A stretch of DNA of 64,000 nucleotides. It comes from an uncultured Clostridia bacterium. GTDB lineage: Bacteria > Bacillota > Clostridia > TANB77 > CAG-508. Shown here in pieces: positions 25,444 to 37,079 of this stretch. The DNA lies in contig CANQSV010000005.1 of the NCBI GenBank assembly GCA_947626605.1, positions 647 to 64,646 of the forward strand, read 5' to 3'. Numbering within the stretch: the first letter of the stretch is position 1; each line of letters opens with the position of its first letter. The notes below the pieces were generated by a model that saw only the letters and a list, made by a program, of their open reading frames with translations, did no database searches and had not been told where the DNA came from. Made by a program: the position numbers and the translations under genes.

Positions 25444-28182
25444 TTATTTAGCTTCATACCAATTTTTAGCTTCACACATGTCAACTTTTAATGGAACCTT
25501 TAATTCACAGGCATTTTCCATTGATTCTTTTAAAAGCTTTTTTACTTCCTCTTTTTCATCTTCAGCTACTTCTAATAACAGTTCATCATGTATTTGTAAA
25601 ACAATTCTTGATTTTAATTTTCGATTTTCTAACTCTGTATCTACATTTATCATAGCTATTTTCATGATATCTGCAGCAGTTCCCTGTATTGGAGTATTCA
25701 TTGCTACCCTATTTCCAAATTGTCTTACCATATAATTATTTGATTTAAGTTCTGGTATATAGCGTCTTCTTTTAAATAAAGTTTCAACATACCCATCTTC
25801 TTTTGCTTTTTCTGTTATACTCTCCATAAAGTTTTTTATTCCGACATATTTTTCTAAGTATTGCTCTATATATTGTTTTGCTTTTTTTCTTGATATTCCT
25901 AGTTGCTCTGCTAGTCCAAAATCACTAATTCCATATACAATTCCAAAATTAACTGCTTTTGCTTCACTTCTTTTTTCTTTTGATACTTCGTTTAATGGTA
26001 TATCAAAAACTTTTGAAGCTGCCTGTGCATGAATATCCTCATCATTTAAAAAAGCATGTATCATATGTTCATCTTCTGATATATGTGCTAAAACTCTTAA
26101 TTCTATTTGTGAATAATCTGCATCAACAAATACATATCCTTCTTTTACTTTGAATACCTTTCTAAGTCTTTTTCCTAATTCAATTCTAGTTGGTATATTC
26201 TGAAGATTTGGCTCTGTACTACTTATTCTACCTGTTGCAGTTACTGTTTGATGAAATGCAGAATGAATTCTGTTTGTTGTTTTATTTATATATGGTAGCA
26301 TTCCTTCTACATATGTAGAATTTAATTTCATTAATTGCCTGTATTCTAATATTTTTTCAATTACAGGATGTTCAAATCTTAATTTTTCTAGTACATCAAC
26401 ATCTGTAGAATATCCATTTTTTGTTTTTTTCTTAACTGGTAATTTTAATTTTTCAAATAAAATTTCTCCCAGTTGTTTAGTTGAATTTATGTTGAACTCT
26501 TCACCACACAAATTATGAATTTCATTAGTTAAATTTGCTATTCCTTCTTTTAATTCATTACCATATTCTAATAATTCATCTTTGTCAACATACATACCAG
26601 CATATTGCATTTTTGCCAATACTTTTAGAGTTGGCATCTCAATATTTGTAAATAATTCGAATTGATGTGTTTCTTCTAATTTACTTTTCAAGACATTATA
26701 AAGTTTTTCAATACAAATTGTTTTTACCATAATTTCTTTTTTGTTGTCTTCATTTTCTAGATTTTTTGTATCTAAACTATCGAATAAATTAATCTGTGAA
26801 TTCTCATTTTTGCTTTCTAAATACTCACCTATATCTATTTCTAAGTATTCCTTAAACATTTCTTCTAATATATATTTACTATTTGTAGGATTTAATATAT
26901 ATGCTGCGATTTTTGTATCAAAATCTACACCTCTGAAATCTATTCCTAATTGTTTAAATAATATATATTCTTCTTTTTGATTATATCCTATTTTCTTTAT
27001 TTTGTCATTCTCTAGAACATCTTTTAAGCAATGTATTATATCATTTCTATTTGATATTTTGATAACTATATTTTCAAATTTAAAAGCTATATTTTCTATT
27101 TCTTTAGGAATAATTATCGGATTCTTACCGTCTTCTTGTTCCTTCAAACTCAAATCTCTTGTATTAATTACATAAAACATCTTGTTTTGATTTTTAATTT
27201 TATCTATAATCTCCAAAACCTTTTCTTTTTCATTGCTATAATCCATTAATGTAATATCTTCTAGTATATCATTACTTTCTTTTGATTCCTCTTTCAAAGA
27301 AAATCTTTCAATATATCTATTAAATCTTAATTTTTTGAATATTTCCAACACTTCTGCATTATTCCAAGGTTTAACTTCTATATTATTTAAATCTATATCT
27401 AAAGGAACATTTATATCTATAGTTCCTAATACCTTTGAAAGTAATGCTAATTCTTTATTATCTACTAACTTTTCTCTTAGCTTTCCCTTAACTGTATCAG
27501 TTCCATTTTCTAACTTTTCATATAATTCTTCTATATTATTATATTCTTTTATTAAATTAATTGCTGTTTTTTCACCAACACCTGGAACTCCAGGAATATT
27601 ATCAGATGTATCTCCCATCAATCCTTTTACTTCAATTAATTTCTTAGGTTCTAATCCATACTCTTCAAGTATTTTTTGTACAGTATAATCTTCTGTTTCT
27701 GTTTTTCCCATTTTTGTTCTGGGAATTCTAACTCTAATTTTTTCATCAATTAACTGAAAGCTATCTCTATCTCCTGTAAGGATTGTAACATCCAAACCCT
27801 CTTTTTGCCCATACTTTGATAAAGTTCCTATAACATCATCTGCTTCATAACCTTCTTTTTCTATAATGCAAATATTCATAGCCCTTAATACTTCTTTTAT
27901 TAAAGGCATTTGCATAGCTAATTCATCTGGCATTCCTTTTCTGTTTGCTTTATATTGATCATATAATTTGTGTCTATGAGTTGGAGCTTTTAAGTCAAAA
28001 GTAACTACTAAATATTTAGGATTTATATCTTCTAATATTTTAAACATAATTGCCAAAAAGCCATAAACAGCATTTGTATATGTTCCATCTGCTGTCATAA
28101 GCATTTTACTGCCCATTATTCCATAAAAAGCTCTATTTAAAATACTATTTCCATCTATTAAAACCAATTTATTATCTTCCAA
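25444..28182 (-). CDS. polA: DNA polymerase I
   Basis: 5'-3' exonuclease domain (LIDGNS, GDTSDNIPGVPGVGEKTA) and polymerase motifs (DYSQIELR, QIHDEL). Probable TTG start at 28182, 7 nt after GGGAGGA (ORF-track TTG at 28227). Confidence 0.9.
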   Translation of the reverse strand: MEDNKLVLIDGNSILNRAFYGIMGSKMLMTADGTYTNAVYGFLAIMFKILEDINPKYLVVTFDLKAPTHRHKLYDQYKANRKGMPDELAMQMPLIKEVLRAMNICIIEKEGYEADDVIGTLSKYGQKEGLDVTILTGDRDSFQLIDEKIRVRIPRTKMGKTETEDYTVQKILEEYGLEPKKLIEVKGLMGDTSDNIPGVPGVGEKTAINLIKEYNNIEELYEKLENGTDTVKGKLREKLVDNKELALLSKVLGTIDINVPLDIDLNNIEVKPWNNAEVLEIFKKLRFNRYIERFSLKEESKESNDILEDITLMDYSNEKEKVLEIIDKIKNQNKMFYVINTRDLSLKEQEDGKNPIIIPKEIENIAFKFENIVIKISNRNDIIHCLKDVLENDKIKKIGYNQKEEYILFKQLGIDFRGVDFDTKIAAYILNPTNSKYILEEMFKEYLEIDIGEYLESKNENSQINLFDSLDTKNLENEDNKKEIMVKTICIEKLYNVLKSKLEETHQFELFTNIEMPTLKVLAKMQYAGMYVDKDELLEYGNELKEGIANLTNEIHNLCGEEFNINSTKQLGEILFEKLKLPVKKKTKNGYSTDVDVLEKLRFEHPVIEKILEYRQLMKLNSTYVEGMLPYINKTTNRIHSAFHQTVTATGRISSTEPNLQNIPTRIELGKRLRKVFKVKEGYVFVDADYSQIELRVLAHISEDEHMIHAFLNDEDIHAQAASKVFDIPLNEVSKEKRSEAKAVNFGIVYGISDFGLAEQLGISRKKAKQYIEQYLEKYVGIKNFMESITEKAKEDGYVETLFKRRRYIPELKSNNYMVRQFGNRVAMNTPIQGTAADIMKIAMINVDTELENRKLKSRIVLQIHDELLLEVAEDEKEEVKKLLKESMENACELKVPLKVDMCEAKNWYEAK

Positions 28183-28313
28183 AAAATTATCCTCCCGATT
28201 AATTGATTTATTTTTTATTTTATCCAAATTTTACAATTATAGTATATATCTTTTTCTATTTTCTGATTCTATCACATTAATTGCAATAAAGGAAGAGAAA
28301 ATTTCCTACAATA

Positions 28314-28353
28314 TAAAAAAAAGCAAATTAAGTATTCTTGTACTCAATTTGCT
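28314..28353 (-). terminator. Intrinsic terminator after the 330-aa gene
   Basis: AGCAAATT-loop-AATTTGCT followed on the minus strand by T8. Confidence 0.6.
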
Positions 28354-28363
28354 ATTAAGATTA

Positions 28364-29356
28364 TTATCTGTTTGTTCCTACTTTTTTTTCAAAAGTATCA
28401 TTGTCTTCGTTTTCTCTAGAAAGCACATCCAATCTAGATTCTAATATTCTCATTTCTTCCGCATCTAAACTTTTATCATTTCTTATTAATATCTGAATTG
28501 CTCGAGATTCACTTGTTCTATATGAAGATATTATTTCTCGTAATTTATCTTGTAAATTCAAAAATCTCATACCATATTCAAAATTACTAAATTTCTTTAT
28601 TTCTTTATGTCCTGTATTGGCAATATGCACAAGAATATCTGTTGCTAAAAATTTAAAATTGTCTGTATAATCTCTTGCTTCACAAAAGAATGGTTCATGT
28701 TCTCTAAGTAATTGTTCTTGTTTTTCTAGTTCTTCTTCTTGTTTTTTTAATTCTTCTTGTTCTAAAATTTTTCTTTCTTCTATTTTCTTTTCATATTCAC
28801 TTAATTTTTTTTCAGCATATTGGTCTAAAGCTTTTTGCATTCTTGCTAGATAATAGTCTGATATAAACCCTTCAAATTCTGAACTTACTAAGCTTTCTAC
28901 TGCTCTCTCTAATTGTTTAACTATAGTTTCATATGATATACCTTTTTCTTTTTCAGCCTTTTGTATTATTTGATCAACTTTAGAAATTACTTCTTCATTT
29001 AATAAATTAGAAACCTCTATTTTTACATTTTTTCTTACTTTTGGTGGATTAAAAGAGTTAGCATATGCATCTCTTGTAGCCAACTTTACTAATACTTCTC
29101 CTCTAGATGTATCTTCAGGGCTTGCCTGAAGAATTTTTTCTATATCCATCTCAATCTTCTGTCTTATACTTTTCTTTAAATGTGCCAACAGTGGTTCTTG
29201 TGAAAGACCTCTCTTGTTTTCTTTTCCAGAAACAAATATTATCTTAGAACCATCTGAGCCTCTTACACTTTCTTCTGTCTTCTTTTTTTCATCATTATTA
29301 TCGTTATTATTATCATTATCTCTATTTTTAGGAATTCTTACTTTCATATACATCAT
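28364..29356 (-). CDS. Hypothetical protein (D/N-rich N-terminus, E/K-rich coiled-coil centre)
   Basis: 330-aa ORF. No family recognised. Confidence 0.55.
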   Translation of the reverse strand: MMYMKVRIPKNRDNDNNNDNNDEKKKTEESVRGSDGSKIIFVSGKENKRGLSQEPLLAHLKKSIRQKIEMDIEKILQASPEDTSRGEVLVKLATRDAYANSFNPPKVRKNVKIEVSNLLNEEVISKVDQIIQKAEKEKGISYETIVKQLERAVESLVSSEFEGFISDYYLARMQKALDQYAEKKLSEYEKKIEERKILEQEELKKQEEELEKQEQLLREHEPFFCEARDYTDNFKFLATDILVHIANTGHKEIKKFSNFEYGMRFLNLQDKLREIISSYRTSESRAIQILIRNDKSLDAEEMRILESRLDVLSRENEDNDTFEKKVGTNR

Positions 29357-29433
29357 CCTTTATTTATTTTTATTTTAACGGAATACATTATATCACACTT
29401 TCCATTTTATGTAAAGTGTGATATTGTTTTTAT

Positions 29434-30870
29434 TTATACCTGAGTCCATATTGATACGGATTTTTCTTTTACCTTGAAATTCCCAAAACCTTCTTCATCT
29501 ATTATTACCTCATCTTCTATGTTTGACATCGCATCTATAAATCTTTGATTGGCAAATTTTTCTCCAATATACATTCTTTTCTCTGCATAACCTCCATTGG
29601 AAATAAGAATAGCTAAACCTGATTTTATATGTTCGTCATCTCCCTCTCTTGTCCATCCTATGCAATTTCGATTATCTATATAATCATGTTGCACTCCATA
29701 TGCTCTTTCTTGTCTTAATTTTAATATTGTTTTCAATTCTTCCATTGGCTCAATATTATATTGTGGAATACCATATAAATCTCCAAAAAAGATGCATGGA
29801 TATCCTTCATTTCTTAGAAGAATTATACTATATGCTATTGCTTTGAACCATCTTTCCACAAAACTTTCCAAAGCTTGTCCTGGTTGCGTATCGTGATTAT
29901 CTACAAAAGTAACTGCTTTACTTGAATTTTCTTTTACTAATGTACTATTTAGTATTGTTGTTAAATCGTAATTTTCATCTCTAGATGCAGAAAAAAAGTT
30001 ATAATGTAATGGCACATCAAAAAGAGAAATTTCTCCTTCTGTTGCAGTAATGTACCTATGTAATTTGTTAACATCACTAGCCCAATACTCTCCAACCGTA
30101 AATAATTCTTTTCCAGTTAAATCTCTTAAATATTTTATCCATTCTTTGTAAAATGTAGCTGAAATATGTTTTACCGCATCTAATCTAAATCCATTTACTT
30201 TTGTAAGCTCCCAATACCATTTTCCCCATCTTTTACATTCTTCTCTTACTTCTTCATTACTAAAATCTAAATCTGCTCCCATCAAGTAATCATAATTACC
30301 AAATTCTTCATCTACTACATTTTCCCAACTCTTATCTTTAAACTTAAATAGAGCTTTTTCTCCTGTTGCCATATTATAATCAATTCCATCAAAATGAGTC
30401 CAATTCCATTTAAAATCTGAATATTTATTATTTCTTCCTGGAAAAGTATATTTTGTCGCAACTTTTATTGTTTCTTCATTTGTTATTTCTTGTTGATGAT
30501 TGCCCCAATCTACTTTTTTGGCTGGTATTGTTTGAATCTGATCTGCTCCCATTTTATGATTTAATACAATATCTGCGTATACCTCTATTCCTGATTGTTG
30601 TAATGTTTGTATACAGTTTAAGTATTCATCTTTTGAACCATATTTAGTTTTTATAGTACCTTTCTGATCAAACTCTCCTAAATCATAAAGGTCATACACT
30701 CCATATCCTACTTCATCTTTTCCACCAATTCCTTTATAAGCAGGAGGTAGCCATATAGCTGTTATTCCCATCTTAGCTAACTCATCTGCTTTCTCAGCTA
30801 CCTCATTCCATAAATTCTGATTACAATTCATATACCATTCAAAATACTGTATTATTACTCCATTTATCAT
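29434..30870 (-). CDS. Cytoplasmic alpha-amylase (GH13)
   Basis: GH13 regions GFRLDAVKH, EYW and FVDNHD. No signal peptide. Confidence 0.85.
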   Translation of the reverse strand: MINGVIIQYFEWYMNCNQNLWNEVAEKADELAKMGITAIWLPPAYKGIGGKDEVGYGVYDLYDLGEFDQKGTIKTKYGSKDEYLNCIQTLQQSGIEVYADIVLNHKMGADQIQTIPAKKVDWGNHQQEITNEETIKVATKYTFPGRNNKYSDFKWNWTHFDGIDYNMATGEKALFKFKDKSWENVVDEEFGNYDYLMGADLDFSNEEVREECKRWGKWYWELTKVNGFRLDAVKHISATFYKEWIKYLRDLTGKELFTVGEYWASDVNKLHRYITATEGEISLFDVPLHYNFFSASRDENYDLTTILNSTLVKENSSKAVTFVDNHDTQPGQALESFVERWFKAIAYSIILLRNEGYPCIFFGDLYGIPQYNIEPMEELKTILKLRQERAYGVQHDYIDNRNCIGWTREGDDEHIKSGLAILISNGGYAEKRMYIGEKFANQRFIDAMSNIEDEVIIDEEGFGNFKVKEKSVSIWTQV

Positions 30871-30918
30871 ATTATTTTACCGCCTTAATTTTTCTTTAGT
30901 TCTAAATTAATATAAATC

Positions 30919-32496
30919 TTAAATTATTTTATCTTTTTTTAAAAACTCAATAAGTCTATCAGTATTTTTATTATCATGAAACTCTACTATTCTTTTATAA
31001 TTTTCTATAAATCTTTCTTCTTGTTTACCATTATAAACTTTCTCTATAATTTCTTTTAATTCTTTATTTGAATAACATATATTTCCAAAAGCATTGTCAT
31101 CATTTAGCATTAATTTTCCTTTATACATATCCATACAATAATCCTTTTCTTCCCAGTAAAAGATTATATTTCCCCCTCTGTAAAAAGAATCGTATGCGAT
31201 TGAAGAATAGTCAGTAATTAAAAGTTTAGTATTTTCTAGAACTTCGTTGTAAGTAAAATTATCTAAAATATACTTTGAAAGTTTAGACTTTTTAAAATCT
31301 TCTAATATTAATGGGTGTGGCATTAATACAATCTTATCTTTTAGCTTATTTGGTATAGCATCTATTATCTTTTTTAATAGTTTAAAATATCTAGACTTAT
31401 TAATATTATTTCTAACTATATTATATTCCCAAGGTCTCCATGTTAGCATTACTGTAATTTTTTCTGCTTTCTTTGATAATTTATTTCTATCATATTTTGG
31501 AAGACCACATATGTATAAATCCTCTTTATTATATCCAGCTAATTCTATAAAATGATTTGCCTCTTCCTCTGATGAAACTACTATTTTAGAATTAGCTGGC
31601 ATTCCTCCATTTTTTCTAAAGAAGTCTCTACTAGCTGAGTCTAAAGATACCATATACATTACACCATGCTGTAAAAAAACATACTGAAATTTATTACTAT
31701 ATATTCGTCTAACTGCATGTTTATTTGCTACTCTTAATTCTATTGCATGTCCAGGAGATTCTGTTCCTATAAGTGTTTTTGCTGAAAAGAAAGCAATATA
31801 ATGTTTCATTGAATACTTGTATATTATATTTTTCATATATTTTTCTTGAATGTTTTCTATATGCTTACTATTTTTATCAATAATATAATAAACATTATCA
31901 TAATTTGCATCAATAAGTTTTTCATACACAACTGATGCACTTTCTTCATATTTTTTTGATTCTTTCTCGTACATTAAAATCTTATATTTACGTACAAATT
32001 TTGATATAAAAAAAGCTAAATTGATTTTTAATTGTTCTTTAAAATCATCTGTTTTATTTATTTTTCTTACAGTAATTGATAATCTATTATTTGCTGTTTG
32101 TCTAACATATATTGATGTTCCAATGTTTTTTAAAATTTTTACTTTGCCATTTTTATATTTTCCTATTTTTCCATTTATTGAATACCTTATAGATGTTTTT
32201 GATTCACTTTTTTCATTAAAAAGATATGGTTTATTATGTATTCCAGCATTTAGCAAATCTTGTATTGGGATTTTTGCTATAAATAAACTTACTATAAATC
32301 CTCTTATGAATTTGATATCATATTTTTTTTCATTTAATAGCAATACTGTATTCTTGAAATCAATTTTTGTATCATTTGTTGTTGAATTTTCTTCATCATC
32401 TTCAACACCTTTTTTGGCTTTATTCTTAACCAGTCCAATTAAAATAACTTCTTTTTCTGTAATTATTGTTTTTAATTTTATATTTCCAAATCTCAT
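30919..32496 (-). CDS. CDP-glycerol/CDP-ribitol poly(alditol phosphate) transferase (TagB/TagF/TarL family)
   Basis: C-terminal Glyphos_transf-type motifs VMLTWRPWE, PHPL and LITDYSSIAYD. Confidence 0.75.
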   Translation of the reverse strand: MRFGNIKLKTIITEKEVILIGLVKNKAKKGVEDDEENSTTNDTKIDFKNTVLLLNEKKYDIKFIRGFIVSLFIAKIPIQDLLNAGIHNKPYLFNEKSESKTSIRYSINGKIGKYKNGKVKILKNIGTSIYVRQTANNRLSITVRKINKTDDFKEQLKINLAFFISKFVRKYKILMYEKESKKYEESASVVYEKLIDANYDNVYYIIDKNSKHIENIQEKYMKNIIYKYSMKHYIAFFSAKTLIGTESPGHAIELRVANKHAVRRIYSNKFQYVFLQHGVMYMVSLDSASRDFFRKNGGMPANSKIVVSSEEEANHFIELAGYNKEDLYICGLPKYDRNKLSKKAEKITVMLTWRPWEYNIVRNNINKSRYFKLLKKIIDAIPNKLKDKIVLMPHPLILEDFKKSKLSKYILDNFTYNEVLENTKLLITDYSSIAYDSFYRGGNIIFYWEEKDYCMDMYKGKLMLNDDNAFGNICYSNKELKEIIEKVYNGKQEERFIENYKRIVEFHDNKNTDRLIEFLKKDKII

Positions 32497-32517
32497 CTTA
32501 CATTACACCTTTATCTA

Positions 32518-34422
32518 TTATATAAAATCAGTTCCAACTACATCAACATTTTTCAAAATATCTTTTGCTTCATTCTCATCATTTTCTGTAAATACATAAA
32601 CAATAAGCCCTTGTTTCTTGAAATATTCTATTGTATCTTTTTCTTTTTTATATGTTTTTAACGAAGTAGATAAACTTGAAATCTCGTTTTCCTTGCAGTA
32701 TTTTACAAATTCTTCTTTTGTATCGATTTTCTTATCTTTTCTGTCATCTTTACTTGCCCAATATAAATTTATTATCTTAAAATCAAAAATATCCTTTTCT
32801 GCTTTAATCATATCTGTTGTATGTCCACCTACAATTAATCTGTTAAGAATTTTTGGATCATTGTTAGCATCTTGAACTATTTTTTCATACATATTCTTTG
32901 TTTTTTTCTTCTTTTGATTACCTATATCTATCATCACATACATATCATCATGCACTTTCATAAATTCAATTAAATCTTTGAAAGACATTGTTGTATATTT
33001 GCCTTTTATTTTTGTATTCATGAATTGTTCATAACTCATAACAGCATTTTCTTTATTATATTTAATTCCTAATGTTTCATTATAAACATCTTTAGACCAT
33101 CCACTAATACAAACTAACTTTTCGTCACTAGTTAAACTAACATCAACTTCATAAAGTTTTACCCCTTTACTATACGAATTTTTTAAAGCTTCCTTACTGT
33201 TAGTATACTGATTATTTTCAATACTTCCTAGTGCATGTGCAATATAATCTTGCTTTTTTATATCAATTTTATATTTATATAAATCTATTCTTTCAAATAT
33301 ATGTACTCCTGTAAATCCTAATAAAATAATAATTAATAAGGTATATATGACCTTCTTACCATTTTTACTATATCTTTTTAAATCTCCAACTAAGAATGGC
33401 ATAAATTTTTCTATTAACCAAGTAATTGGTAACAATCCAATAAACATTATAATTCCAATTATTGTAGATTCATTTGATATTTCTTTAAAAGCTGGATGAA
33501 AATACCTTATTATATCAATTATTGGTTTGTGTATTGCTAAAATTATTAAAGAATTTCTTCCTATAAAAGATAGCAATTTACACTGATTTATTCTCATCAA
33601 CATTAAAATCAAACCTGAAATTGTACAAACTAAAGAAGAATAGGTCAAAATTATTGATTTATAATTGTTGCCTCCAAAAGAAACTTTACCATTAACACTA
33701 ATAGCTATATATGCTCCTACTATTAGCAAAACAATAGGATATACCATTTTTGTCTTCTTAATTCTCTTCTCATTTTGCTGTATATATGAAAAAGCAATAT
33801 ATCCAATTATTATACATGCACATGCAACAGGTACGGTATTAATATGCCATGGCATTAATATTTTTCTACTTGTAATTCCTTCTACATATCCTATTATAAT
33901 TAATATAATAGATGCCGTAAAGAGATGTCTTTTGTCGCCATTGTAAAAATTGTATAAAATATAAAATAATACTTCTGCTAAAAATAATGTAAGTATAAAC
34001 CATGATGGACCTGATATTAATGTAAGTATATCATTATTTCCAATTACTATTCCTTTTATTATATTGAATATATTAAAATCTGTATTAGCCATATAAGTAC
34101 TGTAAATATAATAAAATGGCAATGTGAATAAGTTTATAAATAAATATGGGATTATAAGTTTCTTGAATTTATCTACAATAAAAGCTTTTGTATTATCATA
34201 TTTTGTAGGTTTTAAAGTCATTCCACTAACCATAAAAAACAATGGCATGTGAAAAGAATATATATATTTTCTTAAATCGGATATACAATTTGAATGTCCT
34301 AATGAAACAAAAAATATTCCTACAGCCTTTAACCAATCAATCCACTCTATTCTGCGTTGCTTACCTGTTTTACTTTTTCCTTTTTCAATCTGAAGTTTCT
34401 CTTTTTCGAGAACGCTTTCCAT
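32518..34422 (-). CDS. Fusion protein: acyltransferase-3 (10-TM O-acyltransferase) plus a C-terminal glycerophosphodiester-phosphodiesterase-like domain
   Basis: N-terminus IDWLKAVGIFFVSLGH is typical of the Acyl_transf_3 family. After the last TM the sequence is GDPD-like: YIAHALGSI...LYEVDVSLTSDEKLV. Confidence 0.65.
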   Translation of the reverse strand: MESVLEKEKLQIEKGKSKTGKQRRIEWIDWLKAVGIFFVSLGHSNCISDLRKYIYSFHMPLFFMVSGMTLKPTKYDNTKAFIVDKFKKLIIPYLFINLFTLPFYYIYSTYMANTDFNIFNIIKGIVIGNNDILTLISGPSWFILTLFLAEVLFYILYNFYNGDKRHLFTASIILIIIGYVEGITSRKILMPWHINTVPVACACIIIGYIAFSYIQQNEKRIKKTKMVYPIVLLIVGAYIAISVNGKVSFGGNNYKSIILTYSSLVCTISGLILMLMRINQCKLLSFIGRNSLIILAIHKPIIDIIRYFHPAFKEISNESTIIGIIMFIGLLPITWLIEKFMPFLVGDLKRYSKNGKKVIYTLLIIILLGFTGVHIFERIDLYKYKIDIKKQDYIAHALGSIENNQYTNSKEALKNSYSKGVKLYEVDVSLTSDEKLVCISGWSKDVYNETLGIKYNKENAVMSYEQFMNTKIKGKYTTMSFKDLIEFMKVHDDMYVMIDIGNQKKKKTKNMYEKIVQDANNDPKILNRLIVGGHTTDMIKAEKDIFDFKIINLYWASKDDRKDKKIDTKEEFVKYCKENEISSLSTSLKTYKKEKDTIEYFKKQGLIVYVFTENDENEAKDILKNVDVVGTDFI

Positions 34423-37073
34423 GTCTTTTCCCCATTTCTAAATTTCATTATCTCTTCGTATATTCTCTTACAATTGTTGTGATCATGATATTTAAAAAAT
34501 TTATCAATTCGTTTTTCATATTCAGGCTTTATTTTACAGTTATTTCTCATATATTCGCATAATGTATCTACAAGTTCATCTGATTTTTTTACAATTTCAC
34601 CTAATGACATAGTCTCATATTTATATTCTCCTTCATCATAAGATGGTGGTAATTCCTCTGGATGAAAATAAACAATAGGTTTATACATGTATGCAAAATC
34701 AAATTGAACACCAGAATAATCCGTAACCATTAAACTTGATTCAGTAAGTATTTTTTCATAATTCAAATCTTCAGTTGCTGCAATTAATTCGACATCATCA
34801 TTTTTATCAAAATCATCTATTTGTGAGCTTGTACAAGGATGCAATAAATAAATGATTTTATAGCCAGTTTCTTTTGCAACTCTAATTAATTTCTCATTAT
34901 TTATTAAATTGTTATATAATTTAAAGTATTCAGACTTCTTAAAATTATTATTATGCTTTCTTTTATCTACAACATTTAATGCCGGCATTGCTAAATAATT
35001 TCTCCATGTTGGAGTAATCAAAATCTGTCTTTTATCATTATTTATTAATCCATCATATCTTGGTGAACCAGTTATTTTTAAAATATCTGTATGATTCTCG
35101 TATGCATATTCTTTATTTTCTAGATTTATTTTTTCAATATTTGATGCTAGGAAGAAAAGTTTCATATTATCATTTATTCGATTTACTAAGTGTGGTATAT
35201 ATTGCACTGATAAACCATGTTGAATACATACATTGTTACTATTAAATAAATCCCTAAAGAACTTTTCATTCTTATCATCAAAAGCATGATGTTTTGTAGC
35301 ACTATTGTGTGTTTCAAAAACTATACTACTATTTAAAAATAATAATTTATGCTTTATAGTTCCATAATTTACAAATTTCTTTTTTTCTTTTTTAAATCTT
35401 TTCGCATCTAAAGATTTTTTATCTAAAATATAATATTTTTTTATATCATCTTTTTGTTTAGATGCATAAGTATAGAGATATTCTCCATTATCTCCTCCCT
35501 TAAAGATTTTATCTTCAAATAGCCAAATTTCCTTTTTATAAAAAGGCTTTGTAATATCATATAGTAATCGTAAATATCCTGCTTTCCTTACTCTCTTTTT
35601 CTTATTAGAAATCAGGCTTCGTACATATTTAAATTCTCTTTTTATATGTCGTAATTTTGAATTATTCATAACCATTATAGATTTTTTTCTATAATTTAGA
35701 GTAAAATTTCCACATTCCCAATATGCATATTTTGATTTTGTAAGTCTTGATAATGGTTTCTTGAAATTAACATCTAATTTAAAATTGCTTTCCCCGCTTT
35801 GTATAAAAAATTCTATATATTTTTTTTCACTATTAGCTTTTAATGGTATTTTCAAATCAAAAACATATTCTTCATGTATAGGATCTCCAAATATTTTATA
35901 CTGCGAATATAAATAATTTTTGCTAACTTCAAAAATCTCATCATTATATTTTGCATAAATTCTTAATTTTTCCTCTATGAATGGTAATGCATATTTTGCT
36001 GTAATATTTAAAACACCATCTATATAATCCATTAATAATATTTTTATTTTTTCATCTTCTGCATTAAAAATCATTGTATTATGATTCATAACACATATTT
36101 GATCTTTGAAATTTCTGTATTGATATCCTTCATTTCCATACTTCAAATTGATAAGATAAAAATTGATTATTTTTTTGCCATATGTTTTCATTATAATTTC
36201 GTCATCAAGGTCTTTTAAAATTTCTGCAAGGTTTTTATAAAAGTTCTGTTTTGATTCTTCTTTTAACATATGTTTATTTTTAGTATTTACATTTTCATTT
36301 ATAACATTTTTTATCATATATAGATAATCATATTGCAAAAATTTTATTACACTGCCAAAGTTCTTTTTAGAATATTCTGTTAGATTCTTCATATTACTAA
36401 TTAGATTATTATACCATAGTATATCATAACTTTCTAGTTTACTTTCCTTAGCATCTTCTAGTTTTTTAGATGATTTCAATTTTATATTTCTAATTATTTT
36501 GTATACACCTTTGCCTATGATTATTTTCATCAATATATTGTTACCTATGTAATATTCTAACTCTTCTTTTATGTCATCAATTACTTCTAATAAATCTTCC
36601 CTGCATAAAAAAGCAAATTTTATATTTATCCATATTTTTTCAGGATTTTTTTCAATTACTACTTTTTTCCCTTTTTCCAGATTTTTATTTAATCTATATT
36701 TATTTTTAGCTGGCATAATATATACTGATTTAATTTGATCTTTATTTATTCTTTTTAATAGCTTTCCTCTAAAGTTTTTAGAATATTTGTCTCCTTCCTC
36801 GATAAAAGAAATATAATCAGAGGTAATTTGCTTTGGTAATTCGCAATAAACATCTTTTATGTTTTCATATTCATAATATTGTATTGAATTTTCTGTACAA
36901 TATTGCAAAGTTTCTTCCATTTCATTTTTTTTCACTGCAATAATATATTCTTCATTAGTACAACCATTATTAGTAAGATTATTTATAGTTTTTTGTATTT
37001 TTTCTATAATGTTCTCCCTAACAATTACAATTATACAAATCTTCTTTTCTTCCATATTCATCTCCTGCCACAT
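34347..37073 (-). CDS. Large teichoic-acid synthase: N-terminal glycosyltransferase-like region plus a C-terminal TagF-type glycerophosphotransferase
   Basis: C-terminal ILITPTWRNY, LLHPC and MVTDYSGVQFDF motifs. 908 aa. The 3' end overlaps the next gene by 76 nt. Confidence 0.7.
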   Translation of the reverse strand: MWQEMNMEEKKICIIVIVRENIIEKIQKTINNLTNNGCTNEEYIIAVKKNEMEETLQYCTENSIQYYEYENIKDVYCELPKQITSDYISFIEEGDKYSKNFRGKLLKRINKDQIKSVYIMPAKNKYRLNKNLEKGKKVVIEKNPEKIWINIKFAFLCREDLLEVIDDIKEELEYYIGNNILMKIIIGKGVYKIIRNIKLKSSKKLEDAKESKLESYDILWYNNLISNMKNLTEYSKKNFGSVIKFLQYDYLYMIKNVINENVNTKNKHMLKEESKQNFYKNLAEILKDLDDEIIMKTYGKKIINFYLINLKYGNEGYQYRNFKDQICVMNHNTMIFNAEDEKIKILLMDYIDGVLNITAKYALPFIEEKLRIYAKYNDEIFEVSKNYLYSQYKIFGDPIHEEYVFDLKIPLKANSEKKYIEFFIQSGESNFKLDVNFKKPLSRLTKSKYAYWECGNFTLNYRKKSIMVMNNSKLRHIKREFKYVRSLISNKKKRVRKAGYLRLLYDITKPFYKKEIWLFEDKIFKGGDNGEYLYTYASKQKDDIKKYYILDKKSLDAKRFKKEKKKFVNYGTIKHKLLFLNSSIVFETHNSATKHHAFDDKNEKFFRDLFNSNNVCIQHGLSVQYIPHLVNRINDNMKLFFLASNIEKINLENKEYAYENHTDILKITGSPRYDGLINNDKRQILITPTWRNYLAMPALNVVDKRKHNNNFKKSEYFKLYNNLINNEKLIRVAKETGYKIIYLLHPCTSSQIDDFDKNDDVELIAATEDLNYEKILTESSLMVTDYSGVQFDFAYMYKPIVYFHPEELPPSYDEGEYKYETMSLGEIVKKSDELVDTLCEYMRNNCKIKPEYEKRIDKFFKYHDHNNCKRIYEEIMKFRNGEKTWKAFSKKRNFRLKKEKVKQVSNAE

Positions 37074-37079
37074 ACCAAA